Counted from the first letter of the whole stretch, positions 37,870 through 54,731 are shown. The stretch is 63,405 bases of DNA, filler included, from Lenisia limosa (GCA_001655205.1; 8 parts of 8 records of this genome joined end to end with filler, not necessarily neighbours in it); one strand, 5' to 3'. A program made the numbers and translations. The notes: a model not told the origin generated them from the letters alone.

Positions 37870-40800
37870 TCTCGAGTCCCCTGTTTTCTGACTTAATCTT
37901 TTGTGTTCTCTTTCTCCGCCAGTCTCAAACCGCGGGCAATGAACTCCGCAGCCCCTCGACGAGGTGGTGGTAGGCTGGGCGTCAATGTTCATAGGCTTTT
38001 CCGTGGAATGAACTTGTTGACTTGAATTGCAACGCATGTCCTTGGAACAACATATGATTAAGATTTCTCCACTATATTTAACCATTTGTACCTTCGTGTC
38101 TGTATTTGACATAGTTAGACTCACGAGCTTTGCCATTCGGACAAGGAGAACTGAAGAAGGTGGCCTTGCAGGTTTGATCTAATGACATGATGCTTATTAT
38201 TATGTTGTCATGAGCGCTGCTGAATTACCTGGGTTTCTCTTTCAAAAAAAAAGTCTCAAATGATACTCCCAAGTAATACATAACATGAAATTTTGACTTA
38301 AGAAGCGATGTTATATTTAAAAAAGGAAGTGGTGACAATGCAGTTAAACCGTCGGACTGAAGCACTGAGTTTGGCAGCCAAAGCAGGCGAGCCCGACCCG
38401 CTCTTCGAATACGTTCTAGTTGTCGGCCTTCAGAAGGATGACTGTAAGTGCTTTTTAGCATTTCTGATTTTCAGATGGAAACCCTGCTAAGCCTATTGTC
38501 ACTTACCAGTTCCCACCTAATGTCGGGTCTGCAAGAGTAAAAGATGGTATGTAATGATGTTTGTTATCCGTTTCAATCTGACCCTCTTTTTATCTGTCTC
38601 CTTAGAGGCTCTCGAGAATGTTCCGCTGTTCTGTTACCCTGATGGCGAGGAGGCAGCAAACACAAAAAACGTCTCGTAAGCAAACTGCTCTTTTTTCCTA
38701 AGGTGTTTACACTATAATAAATAGGAAAACATTTTGTATTAATTAGCTCAATAATGCCATTAAACTGTGCTGTTGATGATGGGGTGTCTCTTTCTATGAA
38801 TAAAAACTACCCAGCCAACCAGTTTAGTTCTACATACTCCTTGACGGTGACGGCCGCTGACGGCTCCAGACGCCACGCCTACTGCAGGCGGCTTCGAAGT
38901 CGGTGTTTACTCTTGCATCGATAATATTCAAACAGGGATTATATTTTAACAAAACACTGATGATGATATTGAATAGTTTTTAAACTACTCCTCTTATTTT
39001 TGCCCATAATTGGAAAAGAACGAGCCTAATAGGGATATTAAGTCAACCGAATCACCTCTCTCTAGCTGACGGTAAAAATGCCAGGTCCACCCATCTCAAG
39101 AAGAATATTCTCATTTCTAGTGAGGGGGGGGGGGCAAGGTTATTTTTATGAACCCTGTGATACTTTGTTATAATCCAGCGTCATTCTGGTCTGTTTCACC
39201 TTTCAGGTTTGCTACCGGTGGAGTGTTTTGTAATCATTAGTTCACACTCTTGCTTCCCAGTCTTTTCAAGCATCTTAGATGAGGTATGCTGCTATATGTG
39301 GAACGAACAAGATTCACAAATACTTTCTCACCAAGAGTACATGCTATTAGATATCGCATGTGTTTTTTTATGTTTCTTGTATCACCATTTAGGTTTTGAG
39401 GAGAAGACAGTTCAGTTCCACGTCGGTGTTTACTTTTCTTCGCACAATTCTCTGTAGGGGTTGAAATTATTCAGTCTGAAAAACAACGTGTTGAATCCCT
39501 CTTAGTTTCAGTTCTGTTACCACCAAACATACATGTATATAACGTTCCAGCCAACAAGTATCCCTCACCCGGAGAGCCGCTGTGCATCAACTGCATGTCA
39601 CCAGACGGGGCGGGACGTGAGGAGTTCATGCTTGTTAGGCCAAATATGAGCCTCACCCTTTTCGAGTGAGTTGGAGGCACAAGACCCACATGATGCTTCC
39701 TCTCTCTCTCTCACCCCTCAGACACGTGGATTTCTCCATGCCTTTCACCCTTCTTTCCCCTTCGATTTTCCTTCTATTGGTTGAGAGCCTTCTTGCTGAA
39801 AGACGGATCTGCATTTATTCCACCAACATCGAGGCCATGTCCCAAACTTGCCTCGCCCTTCTATCGGTAAACGGATTTGTCTGGGCAGCATCCTGACGGA
39901 TAGGGGTGAGAAGATACTCACAGTCCAGGCTATCCACCCATTCACATGGCACCACACATACATTCCGTGTCTGTCGCCCGACCTCATTGACTACCTTGAC
40001 GCACCAACGCCCTATTTGGTTATTTGGGACTTGATATGAGTTACTATGGCTGTGATCTAAAACCATGTATCATATGATGTATTTGTCATTTCATTTGAAA
40101 CCGTATCCCCTGACTCTGTAGATGGGCTTCTACAGCAAAACTCCACCGGAAGTTGAGGACGTTGTCATAGTCAACTTGGATCTTCACGGGTAGGTTTCTG
40201 TTTCATCTAAAAATCATTTTTTATTATTATTGTTCTTTAATATTGTCATAACCAATAGCCTTGTTCAATATTGTTTTGACGCTTTCAGAATCCACCAGCC
40301 GCTTCCTGAGCCCGTTTTCCCTCCCGAAGCCTTTAATTTGGCATGCTACGAGCTGATGACTATCACCAAAACCAACAAAAGTGGGACCATGCTTTTAGCA
40401 AAGAACTTCTTTTCAGAAGGTAAAAAAAAGACACAACTGTTAGTGTCTTTTTGTTCCGAACTAAGCAAGTTGTGACGATCAGGAATGAAGTCAACAAGAG
40501 AACTGCCATCCTTGGAAGTCTGTGAAGTCTTTTTGAGTAGGCCAAATGGTATACCTTTAATAATTGTATTTATTACTCTTATTCCTTATAATTCTATTTT
40601 GATCCCTGGCTCAGTGTTACCCCCCCCCCCCAAGGATTATTCTGTTCTCTGTTTGGGCCAGCAGTATCCTCGGATCGAAAGTGCACCACGATGGAATTAG
40701 TTGAGGCCTCAGTTTATAAAGACACGCAAAAGGTACCTGAGGCAAATGGACGTTGTCTGTGTTTTTGAATGATTGAAGTTGCTTATTCTGTATTTGTATG

Positions 40801-41197
40801 GGTGTTATCTGTGTTTCTTGAATAATTGGCTGCTAATATTCTTATGTTTTAGTTCTTCGATATGATTATTGATACGATGAATTTCCAAGTGTTCATTGAT
40901 GAAATCACTAGAGGTTTGTCAGGCCCATATCGGCCGTTTTATCCTTTAGGCAAGCCCCCTGAACTGTTTGTTCGCCTCTGTGACAAGTTGAAAAATGTGC
41001 AATGGGACAAGGCTGCTGAGAATGCCGTCAAGGTTGGCGGTCAATTAGTGACCAAGTGTGTTACTCCTAATTGCTTATTTTCCTCTCCATTCTTACTTTA
41101 TCTGCAGGAGTCTGGCCAGTTCACAAATGTCACTATGGTTGTTCGAAGGCTATTGAAACCTAAAAAGGCCAAGGAACTCATAAAATGGCTTGAGTAA
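37870..41197 (+). CDS. DENN-domain protein (Rab GEF); start approximate
   Basis: uDENN LFEYVLVVGL, VTYQFPP, NVPLFCYPDG, DGSRRHAYCRR; DENN VDFSMPFTLLSPSIFLLLVESLLAERRICIYS, HPFTWHHTYIPCLSPDLIDYLDAPTPYL; dDENN TMNFQVFIDE; ends KELIKWLE*. Confidence 0.9.
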
Positions 41198-41488
41198 AAT
41201 ATTTCTCCATATTCGATTTCTGCTTTGTTTTGTATTGTATTTTTCTATTGTTCTATTAGTTCTCATTTAATATGTACATTTCTCTACCTTCGTTCAAAGC
41301 TCAATAAACATTTCTGAAGTGAAGCCCTACAAGTAACATAAAATAAATATATTGATATCATACATATAAATAGTGTGGACAATGAGAAGCAACCGCCCCC
41401 AATAGCTCAAAGAATTGCCTCCCTCAGGGTTTCAGCAGTTCTCGTCACAAAATCTGTTGGGATTGGTTTTGAATTGGATGCCCTAGCC

Positions 41489-43746
41489 TCACGCTTTGCA
41501 TAGGGGCACTTCTGGAACCTGAACTGCTTTGAAAGACTTATGCTAAAGAAGTGACAGAAATAAATAAGTTGTCAAGACTGACAGAAAGATGATCCTGCAC
41601 GTACCTGCAGAGCGAAGGACTTGTTGAAACTGTGTACAGTGTCGCTGGCACCAAGTTCATTTACAATGAGGAGGGAAGGGTTCGTCTGTTGATTAAGATC
41701 TTTGTATCACATACAACCTTGTTTTTTTATTTCTCGTTGCGCTATATAGTATACATATCATATTTATCATACGAGGCATAGTACTAAATAAAAAATAAAG
41801 GCACCAAAAAGTTCTCATGACTCTGTAATCCTATTTCCAAACCTAGCCCAAGCAAACCTCAGTGTCGTAAGGGAACATATGAGTGACCCCAAGAATGCCA
41901 CATGCCAAGTTGTAAGCCGCGCATCCTGTGACTGTTACACCTTGTCAAAAACAAGAATATCTCGAATAATATCGCGGAGTAGATGGACACGAGCCAGCAT
42001 ATGTAGTGATAAACAAAAGAAAGGAAGTAGTCTGGTCGAAGCCGTCAAACCATCATGGATACTAGTATAATATTATTCACCTGGTCTTTTACCACAACTC
42101 TGTGCACTGAGCTTTTTGCACCATCCAGCACGGTAATATTGACAAATATGAATATCATAATATATGATATGCGTATGTTAGTGCTTCAAGGGTAGTATCT
42201 TTTTGACACGACCTCAAGGACAAACTGTCATCACCTCCCCTCAGTGTTGAGTAGACAGAAATTAAACACAACATATTCACCCATGTAATATCTGTCTAAA
42301 CCCATCAGCAAACCTGGGAAGCGCGTGAGAAACGCTCGAGTGGCCTAAAGGGTCAAAATGAAGAGTCATTTATGACCTTACATTGCCCGATCGGTAGCCG
42401 ACAGTGCATAGGAAGACAACGCTCCAGAGGTTGGATGGAATCTAGTGTGATGTCAAGTGGTCGCTTCAGGTCAATTTTCAATTTTAATAATTACAATATC
42501 AAACTTATCCGAAAGATGAATAAAAATCCTTTCAGAAAAACAATAGTTTTACGAGGCAATTGATCAATATCGATATGACTCCTTCTTTACATAAAAAAAC
42601 ATACCTGGCTCAGCTTTGGCTCAATAGTTTCAAAAAACACGTCTTCGTGCATAGAGTCATTGAGATGAGATACACCCTTGCGAATGAGAACGAGAAAAAG
42701 GTTTGATCTGGCTAAGCAGTCCACACAATCACATATCATTAACAAATATACTAGTATTCTAATACAACGTGAATATAGGACTTAAGCTATACAAGAGAAG
42801 AAACCCACAAATTCTTCTTTGGACCTAGTGTCCACTAGGTACAAGACCTTGTCAGTGATTTCGGTGTTCAAGTCCAGACCGCGAGACAGCGGAAGGGGGT
42901 CCATAGTTATCCGATCCACAAGGTCTCCCAGAGTCATCTCAGGAACATCACTGTTGGACTTCGCCCACTTTCGGTACTGAAAAAAGGTCATTTCATCGTC
43001 AGCAAGGTCTGATATGTTAACCCATATCCACTAGTGATATGATCATATGACCGACTTTCAGCTCGAAATGATGAACGAAGATAACACGAGGGTTTCATCT
43101 CGAGTGTATCAGAGTATCATTGACTTGTCGGTCAATTATCATACGAGTGGATATGAGGTATCATATCACTACGTGGAAAATGATAGTTCACACGTGTGAA
43201 AATGATCCAAAAAGCGATATGATAGTCCTTGGCGTGGAGCTCTGCGTGATATATCATCTAGTATATAATATGCATATTGATATCATATGTATGTAGTAAT
43301 GAGAACTAAAAAATGGGCAACATAGTATAAGTATGCTTCGCCAAGACAGTTGGTTCTCTTTTGTCATTGAATATAATCATAAGATCCGCAACCCTTTTGA
43401 CCCCCCCCCCCACCACATCCTCCACGGAGCTGGGTATGAGCATTTTAGCACAACAAAATCCACAAGTTGCAAGGCCTCAAACAATCGAATTCCAAAGGCC
43501 CTAAAAAGTAACAACGTGTCTGCATGCTATCCAGAAGAGGTATGCGAAGAAGGGAAGCGAAAGACTGGGAGTAGGGGGTACCCATCTCATCATTCAAAAA
43601 GAAATACTTATTTGTATCCTGCAAAAAGGGGTTTCTTTGTGTCCTCAATATGAATCCGCCTCCTCCCCCCGCCTCCAAGAAAGGCATGTGGGAGCGCATT
43701 CACACTCCTTCTGCGACTGCGAGTGACGGCAACAGGCCGCCATCAT
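41489..43746 (-). CDS. Single-domain rhodanese/sulfurtransferase-like protein; start uncertain
   Basis: LYLVDTRSKEEFGVSHL; active-site loop VVFLCTVGYRSG; AYNLACGILG; LIVNELGASDTVHSFNK; stop TGA 41489-41491. Confidence 0.8.
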
Positions 43747-44256
43747 ATTATTTTAGATAATGAGAAATCCAGTAATATAGTAATATAGTAGTGTTATACA
43801 TGCCTCGCACCACTCCACTGTGGTGGAGACTACCCTTATGAGGAACAGCTGTTGGAGCTTTCCTTCACCATTCACCCCCCTTCTCCTACCATTTGTCCTT
43901 GGTTGGTTTTGGTTTTAAGAAGTTAAGTAGCCCTACTCAAGTAGTTGACTCAAAGTTGTGATATTATTCTATATTCTAATATCTGTAATTTTTTTATTAT
44001 TATTATTTTCCCTTTTCATGGGAGAATGAAATAGACTGCTCAAAAATGCTTGCACACTCGGGCTGTCACACCCAGGTTACACTTTGTGAACGCATTATAT
44101 GGACACAGATCATAACCCTCCAATGCTGCTGAAAGCAAATCAAGAACCGCCCTTTAGAATACTAAAAAACCAATGCATTGGAATAGAGCCACAAAATTAA
44201 AGAATCGAAAAAATAAACTGAGTAAAGAAAACAAACACAACTAAAGTACACCACAA

Positions 44257-46765
44257 TTAAGGGAAGAATAAGATACAACATGAGCAATTGTCAGTTGAGC
44301 CTCTTGAAACAGCAAGATCAACAACTTCTTGGGGAATCTAAAATGTCATTGGAAAACAAAGAAGAGATAAACGGGCATTTCATAAAGTCATTTTTATACC
44401 AAGTTACTCCACCAACTTTGTCCAAGGCAACACCATTTTGGACACTGTTGTTGACAGCATCCACCAGCTCCTGGGGCTGGATCGACTCGGTCACACCGTC
44501 ACTGCAGAGAACTACAAGGTGAGGTTCACGCGTCGTTTGTGACAGAAAGGTTCGTAAATCAAAGGATTACCTTTTCCAATACGCAATAGTCCCGTTTATA
44601 TACAGGAATTGTCAGGTGACCTACTTAGGAATTCGTCCTGAGGAGTGATGTCGACGGAGGTCACAAAAGGCTCAGAAATGACATGTTCCTTCATGACACG
44701 GTCGCCGATAGCACGTGACACTGCAAGGCATCCGTTGACTCGCCACACGCCGAACCACACAACCTGGCTTGGATAAGAAACAATTGAAGAACAGTTTTCT
44801 GTATTTAAATCTGTATCACTACAAGCTGAAAGGAATAGTAAAAAGCATCATCGATTCACCTTCCACCCCTCACCACGCCGCCGGAGTTAACGATACGTTC
44901 CTTCTCCGACGTGACGTCGGGATGATGCATTGCGTTGAGCGTCATGGCCTGGCTTGTGAGAACAGATCAAGAGAAGCATGGGGGGGGGGGGGGTANNNNN
45001 NNNNNNNNNNNNNNNNNNNNNNNNNNNNNNNNNNNNNNNNNNNNNNNNNNNNNNNNNNNNNNNNNNNNNNNNNNNNNNNNNNNNNAAAGGAAAGAGGCAG
45101 TGACCAGCTCACCAGTCCGTCACGGCTGAGAATGGCCGGAGAGTCACCAGCGTTGGCCACAAACACAGTGTTTCCTTTTCGAAGGGCTACCGTCGCCGTG
45201 GTACCGCAGGAGTCGGCTAAATTATGAGCGGAAAATATGTGGTTTGCAGCTGGCTGTAATGATCTATGGATGAAAAAAACGGACAAGGCTTATTTTTGCT
45301 TACTGTTAGCCTTTGATTTGACGCAGTAGTGTCTGTCAGTGAACTCGAAAGCCTTGGTGAGAGCCTAGAATTGTGATTGAGGGTTTCATGTCGGGGGCAA
45401 TGTCGTGCTGGTACAGGTTGCGTCTCACCTTGGAAGGGTCGGTCTGAAGGAGGGGATCACGGGCGAGGACATGGTGCAAATGCAGTCCACAGTACTCGGC
45501 AGCCTGTGTGTAAATAAAGTGTCACCTTTTCAATTCAACTCATTCAACGTTGACCCTCACCTGGTAGCCTCCATGACCATCGTAAACGCCAAAGAAGTCA
45601 ATCTAAAGAGTAAAAAAGAATAGCCTTATTGAACAGCGCATGGCTCATTCCTCTCCACCCACGGGGTCCTTGACCTGGTTTTCAGCGGGGGCCATCGCAT
45701 TGAGGCTTGGAACAACACATACTCGGTCCTCCATGTAGTTACGGAATCCCTACACTATAAAAAATTTCCCAAAGGACTCAAAAAAAAAAAAAAAAANNNN
45801 NNNNNNNNNNNNNNNNNNNNNNNNNNNNNNNNNNNNNNNNNNNNNNNNNNNNNNNNNNNNNNNNNNNNNNNNNNNTTAGATAATCTCTCCTAAAAAAGAG
45901 CACCAGGAAGCCCACTTGTTTGCCCGCATAGAACGCCAATGTACCTGTCGAACTCCTGAACAGTAAACTCCAACAATTTGTAGCAAATAACTTACGGAGG
46001 ATTTTCCTTAACTTCATCAATCAGTGCAGCCATTCGAGATGCAGTGTAATTTTGAATTTGAGAAACTCTAATAATGAGTCAGGACGAATAGGAAATTGCT
46101 AATACCCACTCATATTTGGCAGGGCTTTCGTCATCTGAACAATCTGAATCGTTGTCGCCGTTGGGATCGGCGAAGGGGGGAGGATCTCGCGAAATAGACT
46201 CCTCTGAAATCTTGAAATCCTCTACAGCAACCATATGTGCTGTCTCATTTATTTTCTACATAATTGTGAGTCTCAAACCAGAAATAGCTACGGAAAAAAA
46301 GGAGAAATGCTCACCTTGATTTGTTCAGGGGAAGGCTCGACACCTGAGGCTTCTCTAAAAGACTCTAGAGCCACACTAAATGAGATACCCGTGACCTAAA
46401 TGCATTATACCGCACTGTCAACAAAGTGAACATTATCGAAACCGTTTATAATCCCTAAAAACCTCTTCAAATGTGACTTTTCCCTTAACAGTGGCATCTT
46501 CAGGCTCCAATGGTCGAACAGGAAGGGAGCTCAATTTTTGACCATTTTTTTGATATGCTTGCAAAAGCACTTTCCTCTGCTGAACACTGTCTACAATGAT
46601 TAGCAGACTCGCCCGCCAAAAAAATGAGGTAACAAAAAGTTATTATACTCAAGGAAACTCATAATTCACAAATAAAACGTCATTATATCGTACACTGACT
46701 CCCAAATTACTTAAGGTGGCAGCAACCGCCCCTTCATCAGAAGGTTCTCCAAGAGTGGAGGACAT
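44257..46765 (-). CDS. Protein phosphatase 2C (PPM family)
   Basis: GFRNYMEDR; FFGVYDGHGG; CGTTATVAL...VFVANAGDSPAIL; HHPDVTSEKERIVNSGG; WRVNGCLAVSRAIGD; LCSDGV; RGSTDNCSC. Confidence 0.95.
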
Positions 46766-47196
46766 TTTAGATTCACTGAGTGTAATTTTCCTTGTTAAAA
46801 GGAAATATCAAGTGAGAAGTGATGCTTTTCAAGCAATTCAAACAATTAAAAGCTAATGATACTAAAAGCTGCTCAGTCAAAAAGTATATGGGTGATTATA
46901 CTCGACTACTACAGTTGCTTTATATTAATGTCTTTACTTTTGTGGGTGCAAAAATATGGCCACCTTGAAATTTTTGGGGTTATAAATATTGCGCCACGTA
47001 GACATAGCTATTAATGCTTTCACTTTTTGTTTTTGACCCTCTTTTGGCACCTCACCACTCTTAACGGCATTCAATTAAAATGTAGGTGTGAATGAAAGAC
47101 ACCATTATCGGATTGGTTGTGTACTTGTGGGGATTTTGTTTTTGCAGCAGATCAGAATGCTCCCCTCTTCCTTACTCTTCCCAGTTCTCAAGACAA

Positions 47197-50100
47197 ATGA
47201 AGGGAGACTCCCAGTCAATCTTTAAACTACTGGGGGCTGGCTCCTCCTTTAAGCCCGATGCTCAGAAGAAACATTTTCAGAAGGTATGCTTCGTTGATGT
47301 TTCTCAAGATATTGTTTTCCCACCTTATACATAGGTGGAAGAGCCAGTTGAGCCCAAAGTTGTGAAGAACAAGAAAAAGAACAGAAAGCGAAAACAACCA
47401 GATACAGACGGAGCGCCCCTTGCGCTGAGTCAAGTAGAAATTGAAAAGGTTTGTATTGGATTGAAAGTCACTCTTTAGCGCAATTACATGAAGAACCAAC
47501 ATAAAATCAAAGTTGAAGGCGATGATGTTCCTGCGTCTATCCTTTCTTTTGACGAGCTTATCACACGGTATGTCACTCAGCTTTTAAGCCATAACGTCTC
47601 AGTTTCAATTGTCCTGACTTTATCATGGATGCAGTCACAAACTGCAATTACACAACACCAACCCCCATTCAGTCTCAAGCTATCCCAGCAATGCTTTCGG
47701 TTTGTGCAATTAGGCTTCAAAATTGGTTCAATGGATCCTCATATAACAGGGACGCGGGTTGATCGCGTTAGCACCTACTGGATCTGGTAAAACGGCCGCA
47801 TTTCTGATTCCGCTCCTCGCCTCCCTCAAAGTATGCTATCTTGTTTCTTCAGTGAACGTCATGGAAAGTGAAATTAATACACGGAGAGCATCGCAGGGCT
47901 TTTAATCTTCTTATGCTTCGTCTCGTTTTTTTTTGCTAACCGCCGCTACAGAAGCCGCAAGCTGGTCATCCTCGCGGTCTCATTGTGGCGCCTTCCCGTG
48001 AGCTGGCAATGCAGATCAAAAGAGAAGTGGACAACCTCTCTAAAGGTTTGTGGATCTGTTTGGCTTTCAAGCACTCCATTTTTGGATAAATTAGTACTTG
48101 ATCATTCCTCCCTCCAAAATCATTCATTTATTGTAACCCATTTAAATAATTTTATAGGTTTGGATTTCAAAACATTGGTGCTCACGAAAGCACTGTCAAA
48201 ATCTGCCTTTGCTAAGGAGAATAAGACGGTTTGTCAAGTTTGATATTGAATAAACACCCAAGATAACCAAACAAATTTACCATTGCTTAGCCTGAATTTG
48301 ACATTCTGATTACGACCCCCATGAGGCTCCAGAAGCTGGTTGAGGACAAGGTGAGTAACACTGGGCTGTCTTGGGCATATAAAAGAGTGTACTATACGCT
48401 ATTGCATCGCGAAATGTTTTGATAGAATAAGCCTATTTTAAACAATAGTAGACGTATCTCTCAATATTATGACCATTATGTTATGATGTTGGGTGGTCAA
48501 ATCCAAAAGCTGATGTTATATGATGATATGCATGTTGTGCGATAGTATTAATGATGTAAATATCATATAGCATCCCCATAACTAGGGTTTCATTTTGGTA
48601 CAAAAAAGGCGTCAGGTGGGTCAAAAAATGAGCTGCAACTTTCTACGAACTGATAGTTGTAAAAAATGACAACTCTATTTTTTAATAAAGCTACATGTGA
48701 AAAAGCCAACAAATCACTCTATATTTTGATGAGCCGGTATATATCCAATATACTTAAGTGTAAAATTCAGTCTTTTTAAAAAAACTATAGTTCCAACAAA
48801 ACATGACATTTGAAGCGCTTATTTTTTTAGGGCATTAACATGTCACATGTTCGTCATGTAATTCTTGATGAAGCGGACAAACTGCTTGATATGGGCTTCG
48901 TGAGTCAGGTATGGGGTGTTTCATTTCTGCGTACCCAGATTTTGTACTATCCCTCAAAAAGTGTTTCCTTTCTTCACCATTTTATTCTCTTCCAGGTTGA
49001 TGCAGTATTGGCCGCATGCACGCACCCTAACGTTCAACATACCATGTTCACCGCTACCATGCTGCCGACAGTGGAAGAGTTGGCCCGAACTGTTATCAAA
49101 GACCCTATCAAGATCCTTGTTGGAGCAAGGTGGGCTTTGTTTAATAGGCTCTTAGTTTGTTTCACCCTCTAGTTTTCTCTTTTCCCTGATCTTTTCATAG
49201 CAATCGATCCGTTTCCGCGGTCAAACAAGAACTGAACTTTGTCGGTAACGAAGACGGCAAAATGTTCGCCATTCGTCAGGCTATTGGAGAAGTTGGAGGA
49301 GTGAATGTGGCCGTTTTGAATATGTTCAAAGTAACTGTTAAAGGGGTTGAAACCTCCGGTGCTGGTATTTGTGAGGGATGCGGAGCAGGCGGACCACGTA
49401 CACGACAACATCAAGGCTATGAACTATCCTGCAGATGTCCTCCATGCCGGAAAGCCAGAGTTGCATGTAAGTGACTTTTTGGACGATCTTATTTCTCAGC
49501 GGGATGAAGCGGTGAAGAAGTTCAGGGAAGGCTCAGTATGGATGCTGATTGCCACCGATGTCATTTCAAGAGGTGTGTTACCGGTTGTAGCTCAGTAAAA
49601 TATTTGTGTTTGTGCTTTTACACAGATATGAATCATTGGTTAATACCTTTCAGGATTGGACTTTAAGGGAATTGAAACCGTTATCAACTATGACTTCAGC
49701 CCCAACCCAATGATCTACATCCATCGAGTCGGCCGCGCCGGGCGGGCTGGTTTGTGGATTGCTTAGACAATAATGGAATAGTCCAAACGGGGGGTCAAGA
49801 AATACCATTCAGATCTTTTTCATAGAGCAGGACGGCCTGGAAGAGCGATCACCTACTTCACTGAAGAGGATGTTCCCGTTCTTCGTTCCGTGGCCAACGT
49901 GATAAAGGTAACGGCGGTCATTTTTTTTTTGTTTGAAGGAAAGCTCATCATGAAAAACGCAGTATTCAATTGTACACGTTACCACTTTTATCTATGCCAC
50001 TTTTTGTTGGAAACTAAAGAGAGTTTGATTCTATTGTTTTCCTTTATCCTAAGCCTATAAATATGCAGTAAGGTAATGGGAAATAAGGGACAGAGTCTCA

Positions 50101-50567
50101 TGTATTATTTAATTTACTCCCTCCCCCTCAAACGTTTGGGTGATCGAGCGGTGGTGGGACTCTTCAAAGGCTGGTTCGGGCTTGTTTTTGTTTTTGTGTT
50201 TTTGTCATCTGGCTTTTGCCTAGTTTTAGCGTTGGTTGCTCGTGTTTGCTTGTTTTTTTGTTGTTGTTTGGAGTTTCAGATTATTTGGTTCGTGATTAGT
50301 AACTTTACGCCAGTATTCTTCATCGAAATTTCCTTCGTTTTACACCCCCCTCCCCCCGTGATTCTATGCAATCAGTAACCAAGTAGGAAGCTGGCTGTGA
50401 GGTTCCGTCCTGGATAGCAACGATCAAAAAGAGGAGGTAGGACTGATATATTAGCTGTTATGGAGGAAATTGGGGTTTTCTCTGATATTCACAGCATTTT
50501 TTTTTTTTTTTGTTTGTTTAATGTTTGAAGGAAGAACAAGAAGAAACGTGCTACTCTTGATGAATAA
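47197..50567 (+). CDS. DDX52: DEAD-box RNA helicase DDX52/Rok1
   Basis: [14 protein letters not shown]; [10 protein letters not shown]; [11 protein letters not shown]; PSRELAMQI; [10 protein letters not shown]; [12 protein letters not shown]; PPVLVFV; [15 protein letters not shown]; [23 protein letters not shown]; GCEVPSWI. Confidence 0.9.
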
Positions 50568-51367
50568 ATGGTTATTTAGTCTGATTTTATATATTGTTTT
50601 AAAGATGTCGAGTTTGGGCCACTGTTTGACGATGTTTAATTGTGTAAAGATGGAATAATTGGTTTGATGAAAAAGATGTTTCTCGGCTACCAGCAAATCA
50701 TTAGCTCCTGGTCTGATTCTGGTATCCTATTTCCCCTATCCAGGGTATTTTTATTTTTTTTGCGCCACCGGGCCCCCTGGATCGGGGAAGAAGTGTCCTA
50801 AGGTTTGTCCAAAGAAAACAATACGATTTACGGTGTACAGCGTATTTTTGTATTTTTGGCGTAGTTTGTCCATATCTTCATATCCCAGAAAAAAAAAAAA
50901 AAAAAAAAAACNNNNNNNNNNNNNNNNNNNNNNNNNNNNNNNNNNNNNNNNNNNNNNCGTTCCGAAAAACAGTTGCAGTGTACGGTTTTCGTGTTTTCTA
51001 TAGTGGTGGTGTACGGTGTAAGGTGGTGAACACATTTCGGGGAGTGACCCTCCCTTGAGAAAACCCCAAGAAAACCCAAAAAGAACCTAAGAATTAGAAT
51101 CTAAGATTGCTTATAATTCTTCTGCGAACTTTTCCCGATCCGCCGGCGGGTCCTCCTCTCTGGTGAAAAGTTAGAACCCGCCNNNNNNNNNNNNNNNNNN
51201 NNNNNNNNNNNNNNNNNNNNNNNNNNNNNNNNNNNNNNNNNNNNNNNNNNNNNNNNNNNNNNNNNNNNNNNNNNNNNNNNNNNNNNNNNNNNNNNNNNNN
51301 NNNNNNNNNNNNNNNNNNAATTGGAATGTAGTTTTTCTTACTCAATCTTTGACAAGGACCCGTCATC

Positions 51368-54541
<3,174 letters not shown>

Positions 54542-54641
54542 NNNNNNNNNNNNNNNNNNNNNNNNNNNNNNNNNNNNNNNNNNNNTTAATTAATTAANNN
54601 NNNNNNNNNNNNNNNNNNNNNNNNNNNNNNNNNNNNNNNNN
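54542..54641. other. Artificial contig linker
   Basis: 44 N + TTAATTAATTAA + 44 N. Confidence 0.97.
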
Positions 54642-54731
54642 TATATTACATGTATATATATATGATATAATATATATATATATATATATAGTATACATAT
54701 AGTATGTATAATATATATATGTAGTAGTATA

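Noticed and set aside
50655-50715. TGATGA...CTGA as a C/D box snoRNA downstream of DDX52
   Set aside because: Short spacing, no clear terminal stem and no convincing rRNA guide complementarity by eye; snoscan or Infernal would be needed.
51000-51181. GC-richer stretch before TTBK as a possible tRNA or ncRNA
   Set aside because: No GTTCRA T-loop or acceptor stem; flanked by gaps and most likely promoter or 5' UTR sequence.
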